DNA of 64,000 nt from a virus. The DNA lies in IMG/VR virus record IMGVR_UViG_3300017971_007886, positions 1-64,000 of that record; one strand, written 5' to 3'. Every line of letters begins with the position of its first letter. Within the stretch, counting starts at the first letter, position 1. The notes under the pieces were generated by a model. It was given only the letters and a program-made list of their open reading frames with translations, was not told the origin of the DNA and did not search any database. A program made the position numbers and the translations under genes. Below are positions 37,422 to 46,396 of this stretch, piece by piece.

Positions 37422-39497
37422 ATGACGCGAATCTACCTTGCCGGTGCGGAGAGTGGTCCGCTCTCAGATGAGCTAGAAGAGAACAACGTCAAGCACATCC
37501 TCTACTCCTATTTCTGGTTGTCGAAGAAGGATCGGGAGAGGGTGATGGTCGAACGCATAAAACGAGGTCGGGAGAATGGTATCAAATACCTGCTCGACTC
37601 GGGTGCGTTCACCTACCTCGATGCCCAACAGGCGGGCTCGCGACTCCCCTTCAACGTCTACAAGAAGAGGTACTTTGACTTCATTGCCAAGCACGGTGAG
37701 TTGTTCGAGGCGTGCGCGGAACTCGATGTCGAAGGTGCTGAGATAGACGGGATGGGTACAATCTCCCTCGACCAGGTGTGGCACTGGCGACAACAGATGT
37801 TCGAGGCTAACCCGAAAGCCACCATCATGCCCGTCTGGCACTTCGGTACTCGTACCCAAGAAGAGTGGAACACGCTTTGTGAAGATCCTCTCGTCACCTA
37901 CCTTGGAATCGGAAGTACCCACAGCGGCGCAGTCTTCAATCAAGAAGGAGTATTCCACAGGCTCATTGCGAAGGCCCATGCCCACGGCAAGCGGGTACAC
38001 GGAATGGCCGCGACCAAGGTGAAGACGCAGTTGAAGAAACTCAAGTTCGACAGCGTAGACAGCGCCTCCTGGCTATCTGCCCAGAAGTTCGGTACGACGT
38101 TCATCTTCAAAAACGGGCAATGGATAGTTCTGGACAAGTACAAGAAGAACCAACGCAGAATCCATCGACGCCACTTCACCAAGATCGGCGTGGACTACCA
38201 AAAACTCGAAGCAGACAAGAGTAGCGAATTACGCCATGCAGCGATATTGGCGTGGAGAGACCTGGGAGAGTGGCTGATGAAGAAACGGGCCAAGATGCAC
38301 CAAGACCTGGAAGACCAAATTGCGGCTACACCTCAAGTAGACCCAGAAGTGCCACAGGAGAAGAAAGTGCCAGCTACGAAGAAGGCCAAGAAGTCCAAAA
38401 ACAAGGTACCAATCAAGGTACCCGCAAAGGTACTTTCAGGGGTACCGGCACCCCAAAAACCACCTCGCGGGAAGGCAAAATCGAGTGGTGAAGTCTTCAA
38501 AATACCGTGTCCCAGTTTTGGACAAAAAGCAGACGACGGTGCGGTAAAAAGGGGCCGAAGGGGTCGAAAACGCACATTTGCGCGGACCCCAATTACGACC
38601 AGCTCGCGGGATGGAAAACAGACTCCCAAGGTCAACGATAAAGCCACTTCTATGGATAAGGGAGACCCTACAGAAAAGGCCCCTGATAAAGGTACCCCGT
38701 ATCTCGAAGAGGTACCCCAACCTACGCTACCCCAGGAGCCAGTGTCTCAGGACGCACTTGCTACGGTAGAGCAGCCAGATAGCACACTTCCTACCTGGAA
38801 ACGCCCTGATTATCTACACAAGACCGAGAAGCAGAGGTCGCTACTCCATGATCTACCACAACTGAAGTGTGGGCTGTGCTCCATAGGTACTGATTGCCCG
38901 TCCTATGATGAGTCACTACAACAGTGTGCCTTTGCTGAAAGGCTCAATGCGTTTCCAGTACGTGATGCGGACAATCTACTGGGTGCTATGGAGTACATTG
39001 TAGATGTCAACAAGTCGCGGCTATGGAAACTACTTCTCATGGAGAACATGATCGAAGGCGGTATGCCAAGCGAACGTGCTACGCAACTTTCTGAGATTGT
39101 ACTGAACCAGCTCGAACGGCTCAGAGAACAAAGAACCATGATGGAAGGCGCTGCTGTGAAAGTCAATTCTGGACCCGGTATTCTAAGCTCCATATTTGGG
39201 GTCTCTGGAAGGGGGTCTGTGGGGGGTACGGCAGTACAGGTAAATATACAGAACGCCCCAGCTCGCGGCGCAGATGTACGTGATGATAATCCTGCCAATA
39301 GTGGGATTGTAGTGGAAGCACAGACAGTACCCCATAATGTACCTACAGAAGAGGGTACCCCTACTGCGGCTACTGATGCGCAAGTAGTAGAAGCTGAAAC
39401 AGAGAATGAAGTACCTAGTTCTGGCGAATCAGGTAGCAAAGCTGACACAGGTACCACAGGAGAGGACGCCCCCTCGGGCAAGGGGGTGGGGGGTTAA
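37422..39497 (+). CDS. TGT/DpdA-like transglycosylase domain fused via a disordered linker to a Cys4 helical domain (possible TerS)
   Basis: IYLAG, LLDSGAFT, ELDV, PVWH, VHGM, DSVDSASW; C-terminal CGLC-x5-CPSY-x6-C and GILSSIFG. Confidence 0.7.
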   Translation: MTRIYLAGAESGPLSDELEENNVKHILYSYFWLSKKDRERVMVERIKRGRENGIKYLLDSGAFTYLDAQQAGSRLPFNVYKKRYFDFIAKHGELFEACAELDVEGAEIDGMGTISLDQVWHWRQQMFEANPKATIMPVWHFGTRTQEEWNTLCEDPLVTYLGIGSTHSGAVFNQEGVFHRLIAKAHAHGKRVHGMAATKVKTQLKKLKFDSVDSASWLSAQKFGTTFIFKNGQWIVLDKYKKNQRRIHRRHFTKIGVDYQKLEADKSSELRHAAILAWRDLGEWLMKKRAKMHQDLEDQIAATPQVDPEVPQEKKVPATKKAKKSKNKVPIKVPAKVLSGVPAPQKPPRGKAKSSGEVFKIPCPSFGQKADDGAVKRGRRGRKRTFARTPITTSSRDGKQTPKVNDKATSMDKGDPTEKAPDKGTPYLEEVPQPTLPQEPVSQDALATVEQPDSTLPTWKRPDYLHKTEKQRSLLHDLPQLKCGLCSIGTDCPSYDESLQQCAFAERLNAFPVRDADNLLGAMEYIVDVNKSRLWKLLLMENMIEGGMPSERATQLSEIVLNQLERLREQRTMMEGAAVKVNSGPGILSSIFGVSGRGSVGGTAVQVNIQNAPARGADVRDDNPANSGIVVEAQTVPHNVPTEEGTPTAATDAQVVEAETENEVPSSGESGSKADTGTTGEDAPSGKGVGG

Positions 39498-39561
39498 GCA
39501 CTCGCACCTTAGAAGTAGGGGCTCAGTGATCTACAGAATAAGCAAAAAGCTAGGAGGGCAC

Positions 39562-39981
39562 ATGCCGAAATCGGGCGGGACATCGAGGGAGAGTGAGCGG
39601 GGAGACCTCAGCTCACTTTCGACGACGGGTCAGGTACTCAAAAATGAATCGCTACGCGAAGCGTTGGCCTCCTGGGAGCATCATCGGTGGGCGTCCTGGC
39701 AGGGGTACTTCCATGGAAAATGTGAGCGACAGCCTGACGGCTCCCTGGTGATCCCAGCGGAGTACGTGCGGGCCTTGGGCAGGTTGATGTACCTGGCCTA
39801 TTCGGAGTTGACCGAGGAGGAGAAGGGGCTGGACCGCAAGGAAGCAGACCGGATCATCGCGATTGTGGAGACGTACCTGGGTGGGCAAGTGACCGAGGGT
39901 CGCGGGAGGGTCGAAAGTGGGTCGGATCAGGGTCAAATGAGCCCCTGGCGAGGTACCGTCCCCAAAAGTACCCCAAAATGA
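39562..39981 (+). CDS. divergent RyR-like protein
   Basis: EHHRWASW...AYSELTEEEKGLDR. Confidence 0.5.
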   Translation: MPKSGGTSRESERGDLSSLSTTGQVLKNESLREALASWEHHRWASWQGYFHGKCERQPDGSLVIPAEYVRALGRLMYLAYSELTEEEKGLDRKEADRIIAIVETYLGGQVTEGRGRVESGSDQGQMSPWRGTVPKSTPK

Positions 39982-39997
39982 CCGCTAGGAGAGCAAA

Positions 39998-40252
39998 ATG
40001 AGCAGACATCCGATTGGTGAGTACCTACTCGTTGAGAAGTTGCAGAGGGAAGCAAACCGCAAAACGGACCAGTGGAAGGTCTACGGACTGCACGACAACC
40101 TACTGGGCTTGATCAAGTGGTTTGGCCGGTGGCGTCAGTACACGTTCTTTCCGGCTGCGGGTACCGTTTTCAATAGTACCTGCCTACTGGACCTCAAAAT
40201 GCACCTCGATTGGGTGAACAAGGAGTGGCGGGAGGCGAAACGCAATGGGTGA
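39998..40252 (+). CDS. hypothetical protein
   Basis: AGGAG RBS; WRQYTFFP. Confidence 0.55.
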   Translation: MSRHPIGEYLLVEKLQREANRKTDQWKVYGLHDNLLGLIKWFGRWRQYTFFPAAGTVFNSTCLLDLKMHLDWVNKEWREAKRNG

Positions 40253-40484
40253 CATCACGTACTTGGGTACCTGCAAGGGGAACAACCTGCGGGAAGCGGC
40301 GGATATGGCGGATCAAGGTGACATCACCCACGCAGTAGTCGCGTACCGGACAGAAGGGGGAGAACTCAAGTACCGGCTGATCGGGGAAGAAGACCTGACG
40401 TACCTGATCGGCCTGTTGGAACGCACGAAGGTACACATGCACTGTTCGGCGGCCTACGTGATACCCGGCGGGGAAGGAGAATAG

Positions 40485-40994
40485 ATGGCAAAGAGAGCGA
40501 AACAGGATGTGACACTACGATCACACCAGTACGACGGCAGCGGGTGGGGTACAGGTACCACCTTGGCGGATCTACAAGACGAGCGGCCCGCAAAGAAGTA
40601 CCGCCCGCAAGGAGACAAAGCCACCTTGCCGGTCGCGAAAAACCCAGGACGCATTGAGAATCGTACCCCACTCCCAGATCGTACCGCCGAATACTGTTGT
40701 CAAGGGTGCAAGAACCCACTAGCGGCGCGGGAGGTCAATATACTCCTGGCTATCGAGAATCAGCCGCGAAGATTTTGTTGCTGGCCCTGTTTCGTCGCAT
40801 GGGTGAATGACCCCGATAGCGCCCTCAACCAAAATTTGGACCAAAAGCCCGCTCTGTACCAAGTGCCCATGTACCCCTCTCACTCAAAAAACTGCCCCAT
40901 TTGTCCAGATGAGCAAATTGACCATCAAACAGTCCCGAGTGTGAAGATGATCAAAAAGACCAAGCAGCCCAAAAGTAGGAGAAAGACCAAATGA
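40485..40994 (+). CDS. Zn-finger hypothetical protein
   Basis: CQGC...FCCWPC...CPIC. Confidence 0.5.
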   Translation: MAKRAKQDVTLRSHQYDGSGWGTGTTLADLQDERPAKKYRPQGDKATLPVAKNPGRIENRTPLPDRTAEYCCQGCKNPLAAREVNILLAIENQPRRFCCWPCFVAWVNDPDSALNQNLDQKPALYQVPMYPSHSKNCPICPDEQIDHQTVPSVKMIKKTKQPKSRRKTK

Positions 40995-41368
40995 GCCCGA
41001 AACTACTCGCAGACGCGCTAGTTGCCGCTGACGTAGTACAGCCAGAGAACCACCCCGATTCGGTTGAGCGACGGCAACTCGTCAAAGGGTGGATCAAGGC
41101 CATACGGTGGGTGTGGAAGCAACCGAAGAGTTGGGTGTACCAGACGTGGGAGCCCAACAAAGACCGCAGACCACCATATCCGCCTCCGAAGTTCCTCGAC
41201 GAGCATCGCGTCCGAATGGTCTCCTTCGCGTTTTACCGTGGGAAGGACGGTGCGCCCTACTTGGGCGATATTCGCATGGCCCTCGAATCGATCAACATCG
41301 CTGATCAACAGTACATCTGCGATGCGGTCGCATCTCACTATGAGACGTGGGAGACCAAGAATGGATAG
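40991..41368 (+). CDS. hypothetical protein
   Basis: ATGA-coupled ORF. Confidence 0.5.
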   Translation: MSPKLLADALVAADVVQPENHPDSVERRQLVKGWIKAIRWVWKQPKSWVYQTWEPNKDRRPPYPPPKFLDEHRVRMVSFAFYRGKDGAPYLGDIRMALESINIADQQYICDAVASHYETWETKNG

Positions 41369-41880
41369 GCGGTATCATCTCGCTCCCTGCGCCATCAAGC
41401 CGAATGGCGAGATTTGGGAGCATCCCACTTTTCGGTATGTGGTGCCCGAAGCGGAGCTGGCCTTCAAGTACCCTCATCGGAACTTTCGGTATGCGAAGGC
41501 TGGGGACTACATCGGCCTAGTTCTGTCCAGTACCGGCACGAAAGTAGATTTCCAGATCACCACCAACCACCCAAACATGACCGACCCGGCTTGGTTGAAG
41601 CGGGTCACTTTCATAACCAGAGTGATTGCAGTCCAAGACAAAGGAGAGTTCTGATGCCACGCAAGATTGACAATGACCACCAGTTGAGGCGAGCCCCGCA
41701 CAGTACCAAGAAGGTCAAGAGGGGAAGACAGGTCGAACTCAAGTCGGCTGTGAAGGTGAGCGACCCGGTGATGTTGTCCGAGATGCTTGCCTCCATCGCC
41801 AACGACGAGCGCCTTGAGGCCGACATCCAGTTGCTTCCCGGTACCTACGTCATCACGGCCATCGTGGACGTGAAGAGTTT

Positions 41881-42390
41881 GTGATGCCTGGCATCTGGGA
41901 CCAAGTAGAGGCCCTTGTGGCAGAAGGGAAGGGTGCGACGATCACGTTGACCGAGGCGCACGAGGTCAAGATCCCGTACCAGCGAAAGAAGCTCCCGAAG
42001 AAGTACGTCCACAAGGACCGTCCATGGGAAACCTACGACGGTTGCACGCGAGGGACAGGCCGCCCTCGGTGCCAATGGAAAGGGTGCAACACCTACCTGA
42101 AGAAAGATCAACCGGTGGCGTGCTGCATCGAACACGAACAGAAGATTGCCGACTACTGCATACGGATGTTGGCCGTGATACGGTACCGTATAGTGGATCG
42201 GTTGGACGACTACGACGAGTTGCTTCACGGTGACTCGGTGGTAGCCAAGTTCTTGGAGGAATTGAAAGATGGCACACTACTTAACGTCAATGGAAACTCT
42301 CAACCTCCTTCAGCAGGAGACGAAGGAGGACCAGAAGAGGAACCAACGGAGACAGCAAGCGATAGCCCTGGTGTCGAGGACGACGGGTAG
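41881..42390 (+). CDS. hypothetical protein
   Basis: CQWKGC...CCIEH. Confidence 0.5.
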   Translation: MMPGIWDQVEALVAEGKGATITLTEAHEVKIPYQRKKLPKKYVHKDRPWETYDGCTRGTGRPRCQWKGCNTYLKKDQPVACCIEHEQKIADYCIRMLAVIRYRIVDRLDDYDELLHGDSVVAKFLEELKDGTLLNVNGNSQPPSAGDEGGPEEEPTETASDSPGVEDDG

Positions 42391-42519
42391 GCCCCAGCAC
42401 GACTTCGGTGCGCGTGATTGGGCCTTGGTCCAAGCGCATGAACAACGAATGGAGAAGGCCGACAAACCACCGGCCCCTCGCAGGGCCACGTTCTCCATCG
42501 ACCCGAGCGGGAGAGCCGT

Positions 42520-43098
42520 ATGAAGATCGAAGCTGACAGACCTGAACGAGTCCTAGCCAACTTGCGTGGGATTGAGATTGACCCAGAAACAGATGCAGCC
42601 AAGATCAAGTGGTCTCACTACGAAGGCACTCCGGGTGGTGGAGTGATCGAGGTGGTCGAGGAGCACACCTACACGTTCGATGACCCCGTACTTCGCGGGA
42701 TCACGAAAGAGCTTCACGACTACCTGGTCGAGTGTATCGAGAGGGACGAGCAACAGCCTCACGAGGAGAACTCGTGTGAGACGTGTACGACTCAGAACTG
42801 CTGTTCGAGCGACTTCTCAGAACCACTGTGGTTGACCCAGAGCGACATCGAAATGTTGGAGCTGGATGACGACCAGGTGTGTTTCCTCGGTGAAGGCCAC
42901 TGGGCCGGAAAGGGAGGTGGCAGTTGGGATGGGAATGACGATCCAGCGTGCAGCGACATCATTGGGTACATGGTCCGTGATCCGTGGTGCCCTCTTCTCG
43001 AAAATGGGAAGTGCTCGAAGTATGGTGTTCGCCCGCTTTCGTGCCGACTTGGCCCAGAGCGGAATTGCGGAATCAAAGACCTAGATAAGGAGACCTGA
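42520..43098 (+). CDS. YkgJ-family CxxCxxCC (Zn/Fe-S) protein
   Basis: CETCTTQNCC...CPLLENGKCSKYGVRPLSCR. Confidence 0.75.
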   Translation: MKIEADRPERVLANLRGIEIDPETDAAKIKWSHYEGTPGGGVIEVVEEHTYTFDDPVLRGITKELHDYLVECIERDEQQPHEENSCETCTTQNCCSSDFSEPLWLTQSDIEMLELDDDQVCFLGEGHWAGKGGGSWDGNDDPACSDIIGYMVRDPWCPLLENGKCSKYGVRPLSCRLGPERNCGIKDLDKET

Positions 43099-43100
43099 TC

Positions 43101-43799
43101 ATGGCAACAGTCGCGTACAGCGGTGGGATCGACAGCACCGTCCTCATGTACGAGTTGGCCTCTCAAGGCCGCCTCAACCTGGCGGTACTCTGCAACTTCG
43201 GACAGCCATCGTTTGATCGACAGCTTCGTTGTGCGGAGTATCAGATCGCCAAACTCGAAGAGCATGGCGTGGATGTCCACTTCCGGGTGGTGGAGTTCAA
43301 GACGCCCGAGGAGTTCCAGGTCAAGGAGGCTTCTCCGTTCTTCTCGATGCGGCCTCTGAACCCACTGGCCAAGGCACCAAAGAAAATGAAGGACGCCATC
43401 GCGTATCGACTCGATAACTTCGCCATCACCCCAGGACGGAACGCTTTCATGGTCTTGATGGTTGGGATGGTCGCGGCGGCCTTGGAGACGAACCCGGCAG
43501 TGGTCACGGCGTACCAGTACGAACAGGACATCTGGGATACGCAGGACACCATCTCAGGGGACGAGTCGCCCTCGTTCTGGTTGAAGATGGGCATGGTTTT
43601 GGAGACGGCCTTCGAGGTACCTGTGGCGCTTGAGAACCCGTTCTTGGATCGTCATTGGGACAAGGAGCGCATCATCCGTGAGGGTATCGAGTACGGAATC
43701 GACTTCGCACACACGATGTCCTGCGAATTTGAGGAGCCCTGCGGCGAGTGCGCCCAGTGCCAACTGGTCAAGAAGACGGTTGCCAAAACCAGGGGCTAG
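43101..43799 (+). CDS. divergent QueC-like PP-loop ATPase (paralogue 1)
   Basis: YSGGIDS, NFGQ, PGRN, GDESPSF, MSC..PCGECAQC. Confidence 0.85.
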   Translation: MATVAYSGGIDSTVLMYELASQGRLNLAVLCNFGQPSFDRQLRCAEYQIAKLEEHGVDVHFRVVEFKTPEEFQVKEASPFFSMRPLNPLAKAPKKMKDAIAYRLDNFAITPGRNAFMVLMVGMVAAALETNPAVVTAYQYEQDIWDTQDTISGDESPSFWLKMGMVLETAFEVPVALENPFLDRHWDKERIIREGIEYGIDFAHTMSCEFEEPCGECAQCQLVKKTVAKTRG

Positions 43800-43924
43800 A
43801 ACGTAATATGGAGTCTGAACATGGCGTGCGGGCTCTTGGAGCGAAAACGTAGACCTCCAATCCCAGGCCAAAACTGAGCTGGAGTCAAAACAACAACCTC
43901 CACTCAAACAGAAGGAGATGCCAA

Positions 43925-44038
43925 ATGGCACGAGGAAAGAAGAGAGCCTACAAAATGACCACCAAGGGCAAGCGAACCAAGGCGTTCAAGCCCCTCTTCG
44001 GAAAGAAGAAGGTCAAGGGCGGCAAGGGCGGCAAGTAG
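43925..44038 (+). CDS. 37-aa Lys/Gly-rich peptide A
   Basis: AAGGAG RBS; MARGKKRAYKMTTKGKRTKAFKPLFGKKKVKGGKGGK. Confidence 0.7.
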   Translation: MARGKKRAYKMTTKGKRTKAFKPLFGKKKVKGGKGGK

Positions 44039-44041
44039 GTC

Positions 44042-44152
44042 ATGGCCCGTGGGAAGAAGACGCTGGTGAAGCGTCTCAAGACCAAGGCCGGGGCCGTACT
44101 GCGCCGACTCTTCGGCAAGAAGAAGGTCACGGGAGGTAAAGGCGGCAAGTAG
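44042..44152 (+). CDS. 36-aa Lys/Gly-rich peptide B (paralogue of A)
   Basis: MARGKKTLVKRLKTKAGAVLRRLFGKKKVTGGKGGK; differences from A in the conserved blocks are mostly synonymous. Confidence 0.7.
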   Translation: MARGKKTLVKRLKTKAGAVLRRLFGKKKVTGGKGGK

Positions 44153-44234
44153 CGCCTGAACCAAACGTGGGCTGCTCTTGGTAGTTCTGACGCCGAGACT
44201 TGAGAACTGCCGCTTTCCCGATTAAGAAGATGCC

Positions 44235-45971
44235 ATGTTCAATGACCAAGTTGCTGCCCAAGATACCCAACCCGAGTTACTGAGAACCTGCCCCCTCACA
44301 GACAAAGAGCTGATCGACAAGGTTCTGATCTTCGTCGAGGAGTTCACGCGACCAAAGCGCGTCGGTAAGGCAGACCTCTACACCTACCAGAAGGTGTTCG
44401 CCCGCCGCATCATCGAATCGGTGGTACTGGCCGAAGGCGACACCATCACTGCTCTCTTCTCTCGACAGGCCGGAAAGACTCAGACCGTTGCCGACGTTGC
44501 GGTCTCGCTTTGCGTCATCCTCCCTGTCTTGGCCCGAGAGTTCCCCGACGACACCCGGCTCAAGTCGTTCTCTGCCGGGTTCTGGGTCGGTATCTTCGCA
44601 CCAGTCATGGACCAGGCAGGTATCTCGTTCAGTCGCATGAGAGCCCTGGCCTCCTCACCAGAGGGTGAGGCTGTGTTCCGTGACCCAGAGATCAACATCG
44701 AGTTGACCACTGACCGTGGCGATGAGCTTGGGTGGAGTACCGGTAGCGTGGTGCGATCCAAGTCTGCGAGCCCTGACACACAGATCGAGGGCAAGACCTA
44801 CCACCTCATCCTCTGCGACGAGGCCCAGAAGCTCCTTCGGTCCAAGGTCGAAAAAGAGATCATGCCGATGTTGGCCGCGACCGCAGGTACGATGGTCAAG
44901 ATCGGTACTGCCTGGGAGAGTCGCGGCGGCTTCCATACAGACATCCAGTACAACGTTCAAGCGTACAGCGACGGTGGCAGACGGAACCATTTCGAGTTCG
45001 ACTACAAGATGGTGCTCGCGGAGAAGCGGGCGGCCTACGACCGGGATGGTAACCCGTTCCACCTGAACTACGAGAAGTACATCGAGAAGCAGATCAAGCG
45101 ACTCGGCGGCACTGAGAATGAAGAGTTCAAGATGAACTTCATGCTCAAGTGGTTGGAGAGTCGTATCATCGCCATCAAGGCATCGACCCTCATGGCCGGT
45201 CGAGAGAAGCGCCACATTGGCGAGCTGCCCATGCCGAGGAATGGTCATGTCCTGGTTGCGGGGCTCGACGTTGCGAAGTCGAACGACAGTACCGTCCTTA
45301 CGCTCACCGACATAGACTTGGACAATCCCATCGTGGACATCTCCAAATACGGCACACCTCACGACAAGATCGGTACCATCCAGGGAGAGAGCGAGCAGAA
45401 CTACTTCTACATGAAGCGAGTGGTCGCGTGGTTGGAGTTGCAAGGGACGTTCGAGGGTGACACTGGCCAGTACCAACGTGTGCTCGACTTCCTGATGAGG
45501 TTCCCTCCTTTGTCCATGTTCCTTTGCGACGCGACTGGCATGGGCGATCCCGTGTACGAGCGGTTCACGGTGTTGCTACCTGACATCGACGTTCAGCCGT
45601 TCAAGTACAGCGCCCCCTCGAAGTCCGACCTCTACAAATACTACCTGCAAGAGTGGTCCTCTCGTCGGTTCAAGTATCCTGCCGATGCCGCTGCTCAAGA
45701 AACGCCTGAGTTCCAGAAGTTCGAGACACAGCATTTGGACCTAGACAAAATCTCCTCTGGCAACTACATCTCGTGCGTAGCCCCCGAAGATGAGCATGAC
45801 GACTACCCGGACTCGGCGGCCCTGGCGTGTTGGGCCGAGAAGATTCTCAAGAAAGACGCTATGCCATTTATCGAAGTGAGTGGTGTACCTGATGGTGGAG
45901 CGCGTGATAGGAGTCAGCAATCCTCCGGTTATAGTAACCGGCAGATGCGGTACATGAGAGGACGAAGATGA
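44235..45971 (+). CDS. terL: terminase large subunit
   Basis: YQ, SRQAGKT, LILCDEAQ, IGT, GLDVAKSND, DATGMG, HDDYPDS. Confidence 0.92.
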   Translation: MFNDQVAAQDTQPELLRTCPLTDKELIDKVLIFVEEFTRPKRVGKADLYTYQKVFARRIIESVVLAEGDTITALFSRQAGKTQTVADVAVSLCVILPVLAREFPDDTRLKSFSAGFWVGIFAPVMDQAGISFSRMRALASSPEGEAVFRDPEINIELTTDRGDELGWSTGSVVRSKSASPDTQIEGKTYHLILCDEAQKLLRSKVEKEIMPMLAATAGTMVKIGTAWESRGGFHTDIQYNVQAYSDGGRRNHFEFDYKMVLAEKRAAYDRDGNPFHLNYEKYIEKQIKRLGGTENEEFKMNFMLKWLESRIIAIKASTLMAGREKRHIGELPMPRNGHVLVAGLDVAKSNDSTVLTLTDIDLDNPIVDISKYGTPHDKIGTIQGESEQNYFYMKRVVAWLELQGTFEGDTGQYQRVLDFLMRFPPLSMFLCDATGMGDPVYERFTVLLPDIDVQPFKYSAPSKSDLYKYYLQEWSSRRFKYPADAAAQETPEFQKFETQHLDLDKISSGNYISCVAPEDEHDDYPDSAALACWAEKILKKDAMPFIEVSGVPDGGARDRSQQSSGYSNRQMRYMRGRR

Positions 45972-46396
45972 AGCCAGCAGACGTATTGAACCTACTCCCC
46001 AGGTACCTGGTTCGAGCGGCCCGCATCAACAACATCATCCCGTCTGATCGCCCCAAGCAGTACAACGAGACAGCCCAATACGAGCACATCACTCGGAACA
46101 TTTACGTTGTACCCAACCTTCCGGCAGAGGTCATGCGCCGGTCGATGATTCACGAGATCGCCCACGCCCTTGACGACAACTTCGGTGTCGGGCACTACTT
46201 TGGAGAATCACCAGCCTGGGCAGAGTTGTCGAGGCGAATGTATGGCGACGTGTCTGTGGTCGAAACCTTCGCTGAGAACATGGCGACCCACTTGTTGGAC
46301 CCCACGTTCTCTCGCATGGTGAATCCATCCGTTGCCAAGTTCATGGATGAAGCGTTGACCTATTTGCAGATCATGTTCAAAGGAAAGACCCAATGA
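45968..46396 (+). CDS. zincin-like metallopeptidase
   Basis: HEIAHALD and ETFAE. Confidence 0.7.
   Translation: MKPADVLNLLPRYLVRAARINNIIPSDRPKQYNETAQYEHITRNIYVVPNLPAEVMRRSMIHEIAHALDDNFGVGHYFGESPAWAELSRRMYGDVSVVETFAENMATHLLDPTFSRMVNPSVAKFMDEALTYLQIMFKGKTQ

Noticed and set aside
43918-44139. 73-aa ORF from the ORF track
   Set aside because: Out-of-frame overlay of the two paralogous peptides, which have better RBS spacing and a synonymous conservation pattern.
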